A stretch of DNA of 63,795 bases, the filler included, from Pelomyxa schiedti (lineage: Eukaryota > Protista > Evosea): the NCBI GenBank assembly GCA_020536535.1. It is 4 parts of 4 records of this genome, joined end to end, with 100 filler letters (N's around TTAATTAATTAA, not from the genome) between each part and the next. Parts side by side here need not be neighbours in the genome. Positions count along the whole stretch, not along the records: positions 16,223 to 47,826 come from JAHLWZ010000998.1; 3 more parts are not named here. One strand, written 5' to 3'. A program made the translations under genes and the position numbers. This document shows positions 25,258-38,657 of this stretch, one piece after another. Position 1 is the stretch's first letter. The number at the start of each line of letters is the position of its first letter. The notes under the pieces are model-generated. The model did not search any database. It was not told the origin of the DNA and saw nothing but the letters and a program-made list of their open reading frames with translations.

Positions 25258-28200
25258 ATGTCGGTGTTTGGTAGCGGACCCGCAGTCACAGACACAGCAA
25301 CCAAGACGAGTGCCGAGGGGCAACAGCAGCCCCCCACGACCACGATCGTGCCCATGTTCGGCGCGTCGTCGTCGGGGGGGTTCACCGGGGTGGCGTTCGG
25401 GACAACAGCCCCCCCCTCAGCATCATCGCTGTTTGGGGTGGTGCCACCATTGGGGCCAGCAGCGACGTCTACCACGGGGGCGTCGGGCGCGAAACCAACA
25501 CTAGCTCTGTTTGGCGGGGCCAGGGCCACGGCGACCAACAGCAGCGGGGGGAGTGTGTTTGGTGGCGGGGGCGGGGGGGGCAGCGGAGGCGGCGGGGGCG
25601 GGGGCGCGGGGGGCAGTGTGTTTGGTGGTGGTGGGAATACCAATCCGAATACTAGTGCGAGTACGAGTACGACAACGGTGGTGCCCTGGGTGGTGGTCAA
25701 CGACAAGACCAACAACAACGGAACCAGCGGGGGAGGGGGAGGGGGAGGAGGGAGCATATTTGGCGGGGGAGGTAGTATCTTTGGCGGTGGGGGTGCCACC
25801 AGCACGGTGGGCGACAGTGCCAATAGCAACGCCCCATCAACCGGAGGAGGAATAGGGAATATATTCGGCGGTGGTGGGAGTATATTTGGTGGGGGAGGCA
25901 GCCCCACCATGTTTGGTGCTCTGGGTACAAATAGCAACAGCAATGGGGGCGTGGCTAGCAACAGCAGCAGCAGCAGCGGAGGGAATGCGGCAAGTGGCGG
26001 TGATGCCCCCAGTATTTTTGGAGGCGGTGCGATTACGTTCGGAGGCATGGGTGCAAACAAGAGCATAGGGTTCGGCGGCAGTAGTGGCACAACTGGCGGT
26101 GAGAGTGGCAGTGGCAAGGACACCGCTGTCAGCTTGTGGGGAGCCAAGCCCCAGACTACAAGTGAAAATGCACCTGCCGAAAGTGCGGTTACGAATTCCT
26201 TCGCTGTGAGCGTCGGTGGTACGGGAAAGAATGATACCACGCAGGCCGACAGTTTATTTGGCGCATTGACTGTTAAGACAGGAGAACCCCTTGCGTTTCC
26301 AAAGCCGGCAGTATCCCCCCAAAACACAACAGCTTCTGATCTATTTCCAGTATCACAAATTTCGACACCCAAAGCGTTGGCACCTTCCGCTGTATCCCCA
26401 ACTCCTGCAACCTCCAATCCGTTCTCTCCAACACTATTTTCTGCAGTCTCTATACCGGTCAACAAGGATAGACCGCCTATCTCCAATCTCCCTGCCCAAA
26501 ATTACCCTGCTGATAGTGTGGACAAAGAAAAACCCACCTTACCCCTTGCACCAATGAAATCTGCACCCTCAATCCCCATTGCACCTGCTATTACTGTTGT
26601 GCCCAGTCAATCCACAGCATCAGTAGAAACAGACGAATCGGAATACGATTCACAGCCTTTGCCACTTAGCCGTGGAAGGGAAAGTGAAGGTGAAGAGTCT
26701 CAGGATTCCACAGAGGAGGAAGATTCTTGTTCAATTCCATATGAAGATTCGACAGACCTCCAGTTCCTCCTTCTTCCACCTGATTCTAGTTCCGCAATAC
26801 GTCCAAACTTCCTTCCTCTTCAGTGTCGTGCCCAAGAAAGTTCCCTGTGTGCCCTCACATCAGGGCCACTCTTTGCTGTCTCGAACACCTTTGGCTTTGC
26901 TTGTGCACCCTATGTTGAGAGTGCCACAAATTCGACGCTCAGTGGAGTATCCTATGGCTTGGTAATCTCTGAGCTATGGGGTGAACGACGTGTATACATA
27001 AAAACAGACTCGCCAGTTATCTTACTGTCCATGTCGCAAGTCGAAGAGTTACATTTGGCATGTTTGACACAAAGTGGCTCTTTGTTGGTGATTGACTTGT
27101 CTCTTATCATGTTGCAAGTATCAAGGAAAGCCTCTGGCACAGGAAAGGCATATTCAGCCCCAATTCCACCGGTATTTCACATCATGTTTGGTGACCAAAC
27201 ATCTAATCTTTACCGATTAGGAGGCTAAGAAACACATTTACGGAAAATACCGTAATATTTCCTGGTCTCCAACATCTGAAAATACCTTACTTTGTCTGAG
27301 TGAATCGAATTCTTTATGTGTTCTCAAATTGAAGTCAAGTACCACCGATGATGACAACTTCTGCCGCGACACACTGACTCCTGTAGCTAACTACGTCTCT
27401 TGTGGTGGGTCAGTTACACTTTGCTTTGGATCTCACTCTAGTAGCTACTTGGAATCCTGACGGGACAAAAATTGCATGTGCAATGTTGTCCTGCCCCGAA
27501 ATTCATATACTGAGTTACCCAGAGGAACTGGAGCCTCCAATAATGTTACACCTCCAGCCAAAGAACCAACCCGATGACTGTGCAAGTTACTCAAAGAATT
27601 TTTAAGCAATTTCTTACAATGATTGCAAAAAAGGTTCGTTTATTGCCTGGCCATTTGGAACGACTATATGTTTTGGGATGGAAAAGCCAACCTCCAACTC
27701 GGTGTTCTTCTTGATATTTTCAGAGGTAGTTTTCCATACTCAGAAGTTATTTTTCATTGCTTTAGGACCCTACCAGGGATCCAGATACCTTGACTTGGTT
27801 TTTGAGGCCACATAGTGACTATCCCCTTCATTTCTTCGTGAAATGGCTTCCTGAGTGGTAAGCCTTGGAGAAAGTAAGCCCGCTCTCATGTAATTCTAGG
27901 CAGATACTGCTGGTTGGATCATCTATATCATCTGATGTTACTGTACTTCGCTATTCACCAAACGAAGCACCTTTGTGGATCTCTCTTAGTCCGCCTGAAG
28001 GAAGGAGGGTACAGCTTCCAACCAACGAAAATGGTTCTGCCTTCCATAATTATTGCTGTGTCTAAAGATCGTAGGTGAAGAAGAGCTTATAAGAGGAATG
28101 GAACTCCTTCTTTCGTATCCGGTTTCATTTCTCAGATTTGAACTTCAAAGAAATAATTCTACTAAGGCTACAGCTACAGTACAGCTCCCGACGCATCCTG

Positions 28201-31200
28201 TGCTTGTTCTATATTCTTCCGTTGGAAGGCTCTATGAATACCAATTGCAGTACCAGCCTCCCTCAGGGTGCTATTCATCAAAGCTATCTTTCAAAGAAGT
28301 TTTGCATCTGCCACCACCATATGACCCTCTCACAGTTGTAATTCCCAAAATCAGTTATTGTAAGTCATACTGAGGTTTTTCAGATTAGGAAAGCTAGAGC
28401 AAGCCTTATAGATGACACCAACAGCATAGAGACTTACGCTATACTCGAACCACTGTTATATGAGCTCGATAACACCTTGCACTACCTCAAAACATCAAAA
28501 GATGCAGACCCTAAGTTGCACGATGATATTGTTGCGGAGCATCTGAAATGTATCTGTATCTTGTCGACTTGTCTAACATTGAGTAGGTCAGATAGAGTTC
28601 CAATCCCTTCAAAAATATTGGGCTTATTATTCAGAGCACCAGGACATTGCTTTTAACAATTATCTGGATTCGTGCAGTAAAAAATTGATGGTCAAAAGTT
28701 ATTTAATCTCTTAGCCTAACTGGCTGTAGGACATTGAAAAACGGTTGTCACTCTTCAATGTGTTCCATACCTCGCAATCTTCCTGTGACCACAGTGACCA
28801 CCCCTATCACAATTCTACACGTACAAATGTCTTTGAGAGTGTGGAGAATATCATCAAGATGGCAAACAGTGTATATGAGGAGGGACAGAAGATAAAACCC
28901 AAGAATCCAAGTACTTTCTGGACTGCATCATCTACTAACCGTGACTGGTCGAACCCAATTACAAGTACTGATCGACGAACATTCGGGACATTTGACCAGT
29001 TTATGGCAACTAAAAAGGATTGTGTTTCATAAATTTCTTTTTCTTACTGACCTCCATTAGGGTGTGGTAAGAACTCGTGCAACGAATGCTCCAAATATGG
29101 TGAAAGTGTTACGTGAGGTCTGGATCCCCCACCACAAATTTTTATCAACATTTTCCAGGATTCTATCAAGCAAGCCCAAACTACAACAAAAGCTCAACAA
29201 GTCCCAGTTAATAATAGTGCGAGGGCAACTCCGAGTGCCAAGGAAGCATTGCATTACCAAAAGTTACCAGAATTACAGGGAACAGTGAAGGCAGACACAA
29301 CTGCGAAACGGCCAAACATGGAAGCGCTACCGAAATCCACAGTTGTGGAAAATCCACTAAAACTTAATTCTCCAGAAATCACAAACATAGAAAAAAGCTC
29401 CCTAAGTCCTCTGGAGTTCAAAGTACAATCTGTGGCACCACCCCCCAAAATGGAAGCTAGTATAATACCCAAAGCTACACAGAGCAGCACATCATCAACT
29501 CCCACCTTTACACTTCCATCTTCAACTGCGCAAGCAGCTTCTGCCTTACCTCCCCTGATAGCCTCCACTTCATCTGCGACATCTCACATAAAACAGGACA
29601 TCCAACGTCCCATTCCTTCCCTAGCCAGTGCAACCACACAAACCGGTGCATCACAATCCCTCGCCAAGAACCTGTTCACAGCCCCAACAAGTTCAAGTAC
29701 CCAACTCAGTTCTGCAGAAGTTAAACCTACAAAGCCTTCAAATCTCTTTACAGGGGCATCACAACCTTCGAATCTATTCACCCCGCCAGTGCCTGCCCCG
29801 GCACAGAAACCAGTTACTGCACCTGCAAGCCTACCGGCTTCAACTCCATCTACAACACCACCACCAACTCCAGCTCTAGCTCCAACCGCAACGCCGGTCC
29901 TAACACCAACACCACTTGCACCTCCTTTTGCAACACCAGCACCAACAGCAACTGCACCAACATTTACCGTAACCCAGCCCCAGACATCATCACAACCAAC
30001 AATAGCGGTACCAAAGCCAACACCAGCACAACCTACACAATCAATACCGTCAGCACAAACCCCTCCAACTGGAACAACACAATCCCAAATTCTGACACCA
30101 ACGCCGGCTCGGCCTGCAACACCAACACCAACACCAGCTCCAACACCAACACCGGCACAGGCTGCAACACCAACAACTATTCCAACTCCCCAACCACTGC
30201 CAGGGGTCTCTGCACCCCCGCAACAACAACAACAACAACAACAACCCAATATCTTCACTGCATCCAGCCCCCTATCTAGTATTTTCGCCCCACCATCAAC
30301 ACCAACACCAGCCCCAACTCCACCATCAGCACAAACACCAACACCAACACCAACACCAACAGCACAGCCGAATTTCCTTACAACACCATCGGCGCAGCCC
30401 AGCCTCTTCACATCTCAAACAGCTCCCCCCGCCGCCACTCCCTCATCGTCCCTGTTCAGTGCCACAAACAACCCCTTCTCCAACCTCTCCTTCTCGCCGT
30501 CCCCAGCACCCCAGACCCCCCCGAAGCCCCCCACTGTCGGCGGGTCCGTCTTTGGGCCCACCGGCGCCGCCACCACGCCCAGCACCGCCACCGCCCCCTC
30601 CTTCCTGGTTCCCTCCATATTCCAAACTCCCACCACGACCACGCCGCCCCACGCGCCCTCGGCCCCCGCCGCCGCGTCCCCGTCCATCTTCGGCAACCCA
30701 GGCGGGGGGTCGGTGTTCGGCAGGGCCACCCCGACGCCCGCGTCGCCGGCTCCCGTGGCCAACATATTCGGCGGCGGGGGCCCATCAGGGATGCCTATGC
30801 CCTCGGCTACCCCTGGTGGGATGATGTTGCCGCTCTTTGGCCAGCCGCAGGCCCTTGGCTCCGCACCTCCTACTAGTGCCCCTACCTTTGGGCAACCCAC
30901 GGCACTAGGGGGCATGGGCGGATTCGGGGCTACGCCGGCGTTTGGCCAGCCCACCGCTCTGGGTGGGGGTTCTATATTTGGGCAGCCTCAGGCACAACCA
31001 CAACCAACTGGAGGTTCTGTATTTGGGCAGCAGTCACAACTGGGTGGTATGATTTGCCTATTCAATATAATAAAGATAATAAAATATATATTATTATATA
31101 ATAATATAATACCATAATATTCATTAAAAAACCCACCCGGTTCCTAACCACATTGTTCTTAGGTGGGAATTTGAGCTTCTCCGCAGTTGCGGCTAGTGGC

Positions 31201-31220
31201 TCAGTGTTTGGTCGCCATTG
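25258..31220 (+). CDS. FG-repeat nucleoporin, Nup214/Nup159-like
   Basis: N-terminal SVFG/SIFG/xxFG repeats, then intron-rich beta-propeller-like exons (LFAVSNTFG, ISWSP, ATWNPDGTKIAC, ILLVGSSISSDVTVL). These are followed by a helical region, a P/T-rich spacer and C-terminal FGQPxxLG/SVFG repeats. Stop TGA at 31218-31220. Confidence 0.8.
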
Positions 31221-31294
31221 AGGTTTAGAAGGACTAACAAAATTCAAACGAAATTAAAAAAGGGGTCTCTTTTATCATTCTCTTCTGGATGCTA

Positions 31295-33261
31295 TCAACG
31301 CTTTTTTTTCTTGTTTGTGGCTCTGCCCTTTGTCCTTTTGTTTGTTTGGGTTGGCGTTGTTGGTTGTTGTAAAGGGGTTGATGGATTGGCCTGTGTTGGT
31401 GCTTGTTCCGGGGTATCAGGAGTTTGAGTGGCGGCTGTTGATGGGGAGGTTGTTGTGGCTAGTGTCTGAGCTATCTGGGATTTAGCTGGTGCTTGCCCGT
31501 TGATCAGGATGTTCCGGAAATCAGTGGAGATGCACGGGAACTGCAGGGGACCCTGTGGGTTATGTTCCAAATGTTACTGGAGTGAAGCGGTTAACGGATG
31601 AGAAACAAACCTCCTTCAAGTGGGTGTAGCTGACACGGCGCACTTCAGGGCTAGTTACTGTAAGAATCGTGAAGTCAGTGACGGCCGTGAAAGCTATGTG
31701 ATGCAGTAACACAACGGCGGTATTGCCCAAGGAGTCAGCTGCTGTAACAGTGCTGTGTTATATAAGAAGGCCGCAGGAAAAGTATGGTCATACACAGGTG
31801 AATCTGTCTGTTCGGACACGATAGATAAAATACACACAACTAGGCAGACTCCGTCATTGCAGCCCTCGGTCAAGCTATGCAAGGAAACGCCATTACCTCT
31901 GCCACCAGAGGCGGAAATAAAAGCTTGCAAAACAGAAGAAATGTTATTTCTCACGCCAATCTGGGTTACGTGTTACTGCCAAGAATCTTTGCACTGCTTA
32001 CCTCAGAGAGTTTTGTTCTTATTCTTAATAGTTTGTCCTCCATCTGCGCTAGTGAAGACATATTCCAGGAGGGCTCCAGAGTTCTTGCTCGTAGATATTG
32101 CTGAGCGGCTGATTCATAATCGCCTTGATACTGCTGAATCTAAAGAGAATGAAAAATTAATATATCAAGGAGTGTGAGGTACCAAGGCCCAGTTGTGGCA
32201 GAGGTCGGGAGAAGACAAACCGAGAGATAAAGCTTTCTTATAAGCCTTCTGTGCATTATCAAGCTCTCGGTGTTGGATAGCGTTTATAAAAACATTTGTC
32301 AAATACGCATTGCCAAGTAAATCTACTACAGTTACAAAATAAAACTGTAAGTAGCGCTACTCACACCAGCCGAGGGGCTCGTTCATATTCAGGGAAACAG
32401 CTTTTTTCGCCAAGACAAGGGACTGAGAGAAATTGGCAATTTTTTCTTCTTCATCTGTCTAAAGTTAGATTGACTTGCATGTTGGAAGGCTTTTCGACAG
32501 TACTGTTTGTTGGTAACACTCTAAGAACAATAGAAAGGCACAGTAACGCTTGGACATTATCACCATTTAGAGCCAGTGCGGAGGAGAAACAATGATGTGC
32601 AGTAGAAGGGTCGCCCTTCTTGGCAAAACATTCTCCCAGGGCCACCCAAGCAGAAGCGTTCTTCGGATCTAGTTTTACCTGTTAATTGATTGAAATGGAG
32701 TTGGCGGATGTAACACTTGGTTTTTTAGAATTACAAGCACATACCGCTTTGGATAAGAGTGTTTCTGCTGCAGGATTATATTCTTCTTCCAAGTTCAAAG
32801 TGCGGCCCTCCAGATAGCTCAACCGAGCTCTGGTGGCAATATCCTCTTAAGAGGGATAAGGAAAAGTGTGGCTATTAGCAAAAGTTTTTACCAAGTTCTG
32901 GCTGAGGAAATTTGTGCATAATTTCAATGATTTTAGTAATAAGCACTTTGATATATTGGCCTCTCTCGAGTCCACACCCAGCAGAACAAGCCCAATCAGA
33001 AGCAGAAGTACTAGAAGGAGTCTGGGAATTGAGAATAGACAGTAATACACCACTCATTATTGGTGTGTCTTGTCCTGTATGTATGTGCATAATGAATTTA
33101 GTGCACCAGCAAGCCCATAATGTAGAACGTAGTCGCGGTCACACACCCCATTTGTAGTCCCGCCATGACTCAACCGCATCTAGGTGGCTTTGCATTGCTC
33201 CCATAATCTCCTCCGTCGCGTTGTTGGGGTCCCCATCGGCACGGACGCTGACCGCCGCCAT
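31295..33261 (-). CDS. TTC5: Tetratricopeptide repeat protein 5-like (TPR plus C-terminal OB fold)
   Basis: GRTLNLEEEYNPAAETLLSKA|VKLDPKNASAWVALGECFAKKGDPSTAHHCFSSAL...ALLCLSIVLR, DLCHNWA and C-terminal FPCISTDFRNILINGQ follow the TTC5 motif order. Confidence 0.8.
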
Positions 33262-33682
33262 TTTTTTTATGTTTATGGTTTTCAGAACGGCCCATAAGTA
33301 TTCACCAGACAAGCTCTCCGTACTTTTAATGATTCCCAGAAGCTTTTTTTTTGGGAATCAAGCACTAGGTAGTTTGTGGAATCGACACTTTATTATATGG
33401 CGTTTGGGTTAGGGTTTGGGTTGGGGCCAACCTCCCCGAGCTTTGAACTCACGTCTGATCACTACAGTCACATTACTTGAATGATTATATCCTGCAAAAT
33501 AGGTTGCTAAGCCACCTGAGGATGGCCTCAATGGCTGCGGTGCATGTTGCCCTGTAGGAGATCACTGTCCTGGTGATCTCCCGGACCGTGGTCTGTTCCC
33601 AAACACATGCTCTGATCTCCCTTTTTTGCTCAACGTTGTTTTTGCCGAAAACTCGAGTTTGAAGCGTTGTGGGCATCTCTCC

Positions 33683-35431
33683 ATGCTGTCGGCACCACTG
33701 GAGCCAGGCACACCCATAACCGCAACTATCGACCCGCTCCCTGTCCCCTCTATCAGGGGAAACAACGACCAGGACTCCGACGAAGACAATAATGACGACG
33801 GGGACATGTACCACGACGCGTCGTCGGTGTGCCTCACGGTCAGTCGCCACTCCTCGGTATCCTCGGGCCTGGCGTCCACCGACACGCCGGCTGATCCCAT
33901 AATTGCCCCGTCCACCACGCCCCCGATGGACGCCGGGGTCCTGCTGCCCCTGGCCACGCTGCCCCGGGCGGCGTCTCCTCCCATAACCCCGCTGTCACTG
34001 TCGCGACACGCTCAGAAACCATTACCCGCCACTCCGTGGCAGACGCTGATACGTACAGTCTCGTGGCTGGTGATGCTGTCATACATCGGGGGTGCCATCA
34101 GGATGCTGCTCGAGGCGGCGACGGACGCGCTGGCTTCTCACTCCACCAACTTGGGGTATGCTGTAATGTACAAGGACGCAATTCCAAACATGGCAGGGTG
34201 CTTCGCTATGGTGCGTGCATTTCAATTACTTCACAAAAACTAGTTATTATGGGATTCCCTTACCCTTGATACTAATTTAGGATAAACCCAAAAATGTTTA
34301 CCTTATCACTAGTCCTTATAACGTTAGAAATATGTAATCGTATGAGTATACAATGTAAAACAACCAATCAACTCAAATGCTTGCATTTTAATGTATTTGA
34401 AGGGTGTTATTGTTTCACAAAAAGGACTACTGGCAGGAACACCACTATTTGTTGGGCTTACCACCGGGATGTGCGGAAGTATAACAACCCTCAGTGGCTG
34501 GGGGAATTTTGTCTGCCATGAATTTGCCAATGGGAATATAGCTAGTGGAATAGCGTGCTTCCTATTTGGCTGGTGTACTTCACTGGTATCATACAACCTT
34601 GGCAAGTAGAACACACCTCCATTTTGTGTAATTTGTTAAATCACCCATATAGACAATACGGAGGGAGTTTGGAGAGAAAGCCAAGAAGATCTAGGCCGGG
34701 AAAAATTGCAGTATACGCTATAGTTATGACACTTTTAGTATGCGATTTCCGGCAAGAGTGCCTTTTTAACCTATACCTTGGAAAAAAAAATACAATATTA
34801 CACCAAATCCCAGGTGTGGGTGTCTGTAGCGGCTACCTGCACAACTTTCTTGCGTAGATACTTTCTGGCTCTTTGCTTATGCCCATTTGGCTCCTTTGTT
34901 CGATGGTCAGCTTCCAAAATAGCCGGATACATACTAGGCAAGGCCCCAACAACACTAGTGGTTCCAACAACCATCAAGACCACGGACTTTGACTTTCACG
35001 ATGCTGATTTCTCTCTACAAATTCACGATGAACTTCCACCCAGACCCACAAAGCCGGCCCCGCGGCCCAATGCGCAGGACTACATGTTCCATGTTGGAAC
35101 ATCCTGCGGAATGCCGGTTATTAGCCTGTGGAAGAGAACAAAGATACCAATACACACACTGACAGCCAATACCATTGCCTGCGCACTCTATGCCTGCCTG
35201 TTGCGCCCTCTGTCACATGTACCAGGCACATACCTGACCACAGAAACAGTGGAATTCAGATATGACTTTGTATGGGCTACAACAGCGGGGTTCTGTGGGT
35301 GCTGCTCCACAGTATCAACACTAGTTCATGAAGTAGTCAGTGGTGGAATGTCACGGCCCGTTCTTTACACCTATGGACTTATTACCAGTTCCATGGTATT
35401 ACTTTGCTTCATTCTAGCCATTAAGTTGTAA
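33683..35431 (+). CDS. FEX: FEX-family fluoride exporter-like protein (two Fluc/CrcB domains)
   Basis: Domain 1: GGAIR, PNMAGCFAMG, GLTTGMCGSITTLSGW. Domain 2: PFGSFVRW, TLTANTIAC, AGFCGCCSTVSTLVHE. Start codon is approximate. Confidence 0.88.
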
Positions 35432-35520
35432 AACACAGCCCTCTGGTTATCTCCTAAGCTCTTCTATTCATAATTCCATTTTGTTTAGGACTGTAGATAT
35501 ATTTATCACCTTCGTTCCAG

Positions 35521-38460
35521 TTATTTGGAACTATACATTTGTTTAGGGTGATGGGAATATATTGGGATACGAGTAACGAAGGTGATGCAACATAGGCTTG
35601 ACTAGCACTAGCATCAAAAACGCTGAAAGAAGGAGAAGAGCAGAGGGACCCAATAATGATGACCTCCTTTTGTTGGTGAATCGTTCCTGTGTTACCTGTA
35701 AAATAAGGGTTGTTTTAGACTTTGAATTCGGAATTATATACCGTTTTCTCTTGAGTGTTCTCCAAATCGTTCCAAGCTTCTTTGAAGAAGAGCGACGTCG
35801 GTAGAATTATAACATGAAGACCAACCCAGAATAGCAGTAAGCAAGACCCAGCCAGAGAATCAACCTCGGAACCGGATTGTGGGAAGTGGGCTGGAAGTTG
35901 GAGTAATTCTGACTCCACTGCCCAGGACACAACCAATCCTCCAATTATAGCTGAGAGCAGAAGGAATGAGGTAAGGAAGTAATGATCAAGCCAGGTCAGA
36001 TACTATTTTTTTTTGCCGGTTGAGGAAGGAAAAGATAGATGATATTGTATTTATTTAATTAAATAAGTTACAATTATTGCTCAGGGTTTTACCTGGGTCT
36101 TGCATACAACAGCACCAACAGAGAATCTGCGATTTATTTTAGAGTGACAGAGAGGAAGGCCAAGTTACTTGAAAAATACTACGGTTGCAACAATTCCACA
36201 AGCAACTTGCAATCTGTTTCCAATCTCCAGTGGATCACAGCAGTAAGTTGTGAAGGCCGCGCAAACAACAAGGAAGAGAGGGATCTATGACTACCAGTGA
36301 GGAACTATCCAATAAACAGTCCACATACAATACAGTTCCAGAAGTAGTACTTCGGCCGCCTGTCTACAGCACCAACAAGATGAACGTGAGAGTATGCTCG
36401 TTTAAGGAGTTCTGCTTCCGCTAATTTCTCACCCACTCCGGTAGATTCTTTCGCTGCTTCCATAACTTCTTTAGAACTTCGGCAGCTGTCGTTATCCTCT
36501 TTTTCAGTTTCATTGGCCCATGAAAAATCAACAAATGACTTGTCATTAGAAGAGACCTTTACCCAGGAGTAATCATAGGGTGCCCTGAAGTTTGTTGGCA
36601 TGTGTAGAAGGGAGTGCGAAAAGCATACCAGTCAGTGTGCAAAGACTTCATCGAGCCATAAAGTACGCCATTGGCACCGGCTGGCGCTGGGCTTGGTGGC
36701 ACAAACACCTTGAGTTTGGTTCCATCCTTTTCCTTAGGGGATTGCCCATGACAGAGGTTGAAGGGATTAAGGTAGTGTAGGAATGAGGTTTTAACTGGGT
36801 GTTTCTGTGATTCCACTAGTTCTTTAGGAGACTTGACATAGAAGAACACCCTTTCGTTGGATGTGGAGGCCTCATTTTCTAGTCGAACATGCAGAAGTTG
36901 TCTATCCAGAGGGAATCTTACAAGTTCGAAGATTTCAAGGAAAGTTCCCTCAAATATCACGTGATAGAGAACTTGGTATCTGTGTAAAGTCAAACAATGG
37001 TAGTGTATTACTTTGAATACTTGGTCGGTTTTCCTGGTTTTGATATACACTTCAGTTTTGCCTTCTGATACAAGAAAGAAACATCACCAACAGCATTGCT
37101 AAATTTGAGCTGTGGCAACCAGATTGACCGAATGTCTACTTCAACTTCAAGTTGTGGCAATGAAGTTTCCTTAGTCACATCAAAATCCCATTTCATTACC
37201 ATAGAAACTGTTGCAGAAAACTAATGAGGAAGGTTAATTTGGAAATGGTTGAATGAATAACACACAGTATTTTCCTCCTCAGAAAGTCCTCGAGTTTCAA
37301 ACTTAAGCCTGGTGATTTTCACTACGCGTGATTTCTTCGAGTCCACACATACTGGATATTCACTCACATCTGCAGCTGCCTTTAGAAACTCCTTGATTGG
37401 GCCAACTTTAATGTCCATAGCCAAGAGGTCGGCTTGTGTCAATTTCGGTAGCTGCGAATACAAAATCTTTTTATTTGAAGGTGCCTTAGTGGAAATATAT
37501 GAATAATGAAGATATACCTCGTGCTCTTTGAAGGGTTGAACAAGGTAGGGCAATCTATTTTTTTGTAGCCACCGTGTAGTTTTTTGTAGGGCTCTGTCTC
37601 TGTTGAATCCAAGGATGACTGACGTAACCTTTTCAGCCAACACAGGGCTTATCTGTAATTCCAGCATGAGCTCATTCTTTAGAAACTCCGGGTCAGATTC
37701 AGCCAGCAAATCGAGCATTTTCTTTGCTGACTGGAGCTGCCGGGCCATGGTATCAGTAATGAATTCCGCTTGTAAACCTGTAGAATCAACCAACCCCTCA
37801 GTAGGCCCCAGTGCTCTCATGAGAGTGTGGTAAAGCGACTTTGGCCCAGTCGGAACTTCAGCACAATGAAATGATGCGCGCAGCAGGCCGTGCTTGCTTG
37901 ACTTATGAAGTGGAGTGCCCCCTCTGAGAGGAGAGGACCCGCCCATCACCCTGACCGCAGTACCAACCACATTCTCACCACTTCCGTGAATTGATATCTT
38001 TTCCATAGTGGGAGTGGTGGTGTCACTACTATTGACAGAGATTCCTCCATCCACAGTTTTGCTATCAGAGGGATTCGTAGAATCACTAGCTGCAGGGATA
38101 GGTGGTGGTGTCAAATTCTCTGCGTTCCCACAAGTAATACTAGTCGTAGTTGTTGTTGCGGTTGCGGTGGTTGTAGAAGTACTAGTTGCAGGAGGGTGAG
38201 AACCAGCCGAAGCACCGCCGCTGCTTCCGGGATGCGATTGTGGGATGGTGGCAGCGGGGTCGACTGCGTCATCGTCATCGCGGACCGTTACTGCCTGCTC
38301 CTCTGGGTCGACGGTCGGCTCTTCTTTTGGCTGCTGCTGCACGTGGAGCAACTTGCCTTTCTTGTTGTGCTTGCGCTGGCGAAATTCATTGTTTGACAAA
38401 AAACAAAGGAGGGAACGTGCATACATTCTGCTGTCGCGTACCTGACGCCGAGTTCTTCAT
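35521..38460 (-). CDS. Cys-less (Pro-loop) pentameric ligand-gated ion channel with N-terminal SAM domain
   Basis: Extracellular-domain motifs IWLPQLKFSN and FELVRFPLDRQLL, pre-M1 DRRPKYYFWN, M2 GNRLQVACGIVATVVFFK, M3 YLTWLDHYF, hydrophobic M4. The upstream SAM reads WLQKNRLPYLVQPFKEHE|ILYSQLPKLTQADLLAMDIKVGPIKEF. Termini are approximate. Confidence 0.82.
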
Positions 38461-38657
38461 CGTTTCGTCAAAAGGTTGGCTTCGGAATTCCAAGAAGACA
38501 CCCTTCAGGGAAGAGGCTCTGGTGCCCTCATTGAAGCTGAGCCAGGCTCGTGTCAGTGCGAAACCAAGGATATCACTCCAGTATGCAAGGGGAAGATGAA
38601 GGGATAGTGAGTTCCCGTAGAATCCGCCTTTCAACACAACAATCAAAACGAAAGAAG

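Noticed and set aside
25038-30954. Long antisense ORFs (25038-26486, 29584-30411, 30415-30954)
   Set aside because: These are shadows of the low-complexity Gly/Pro/Thr-rich nucleoporin exons.
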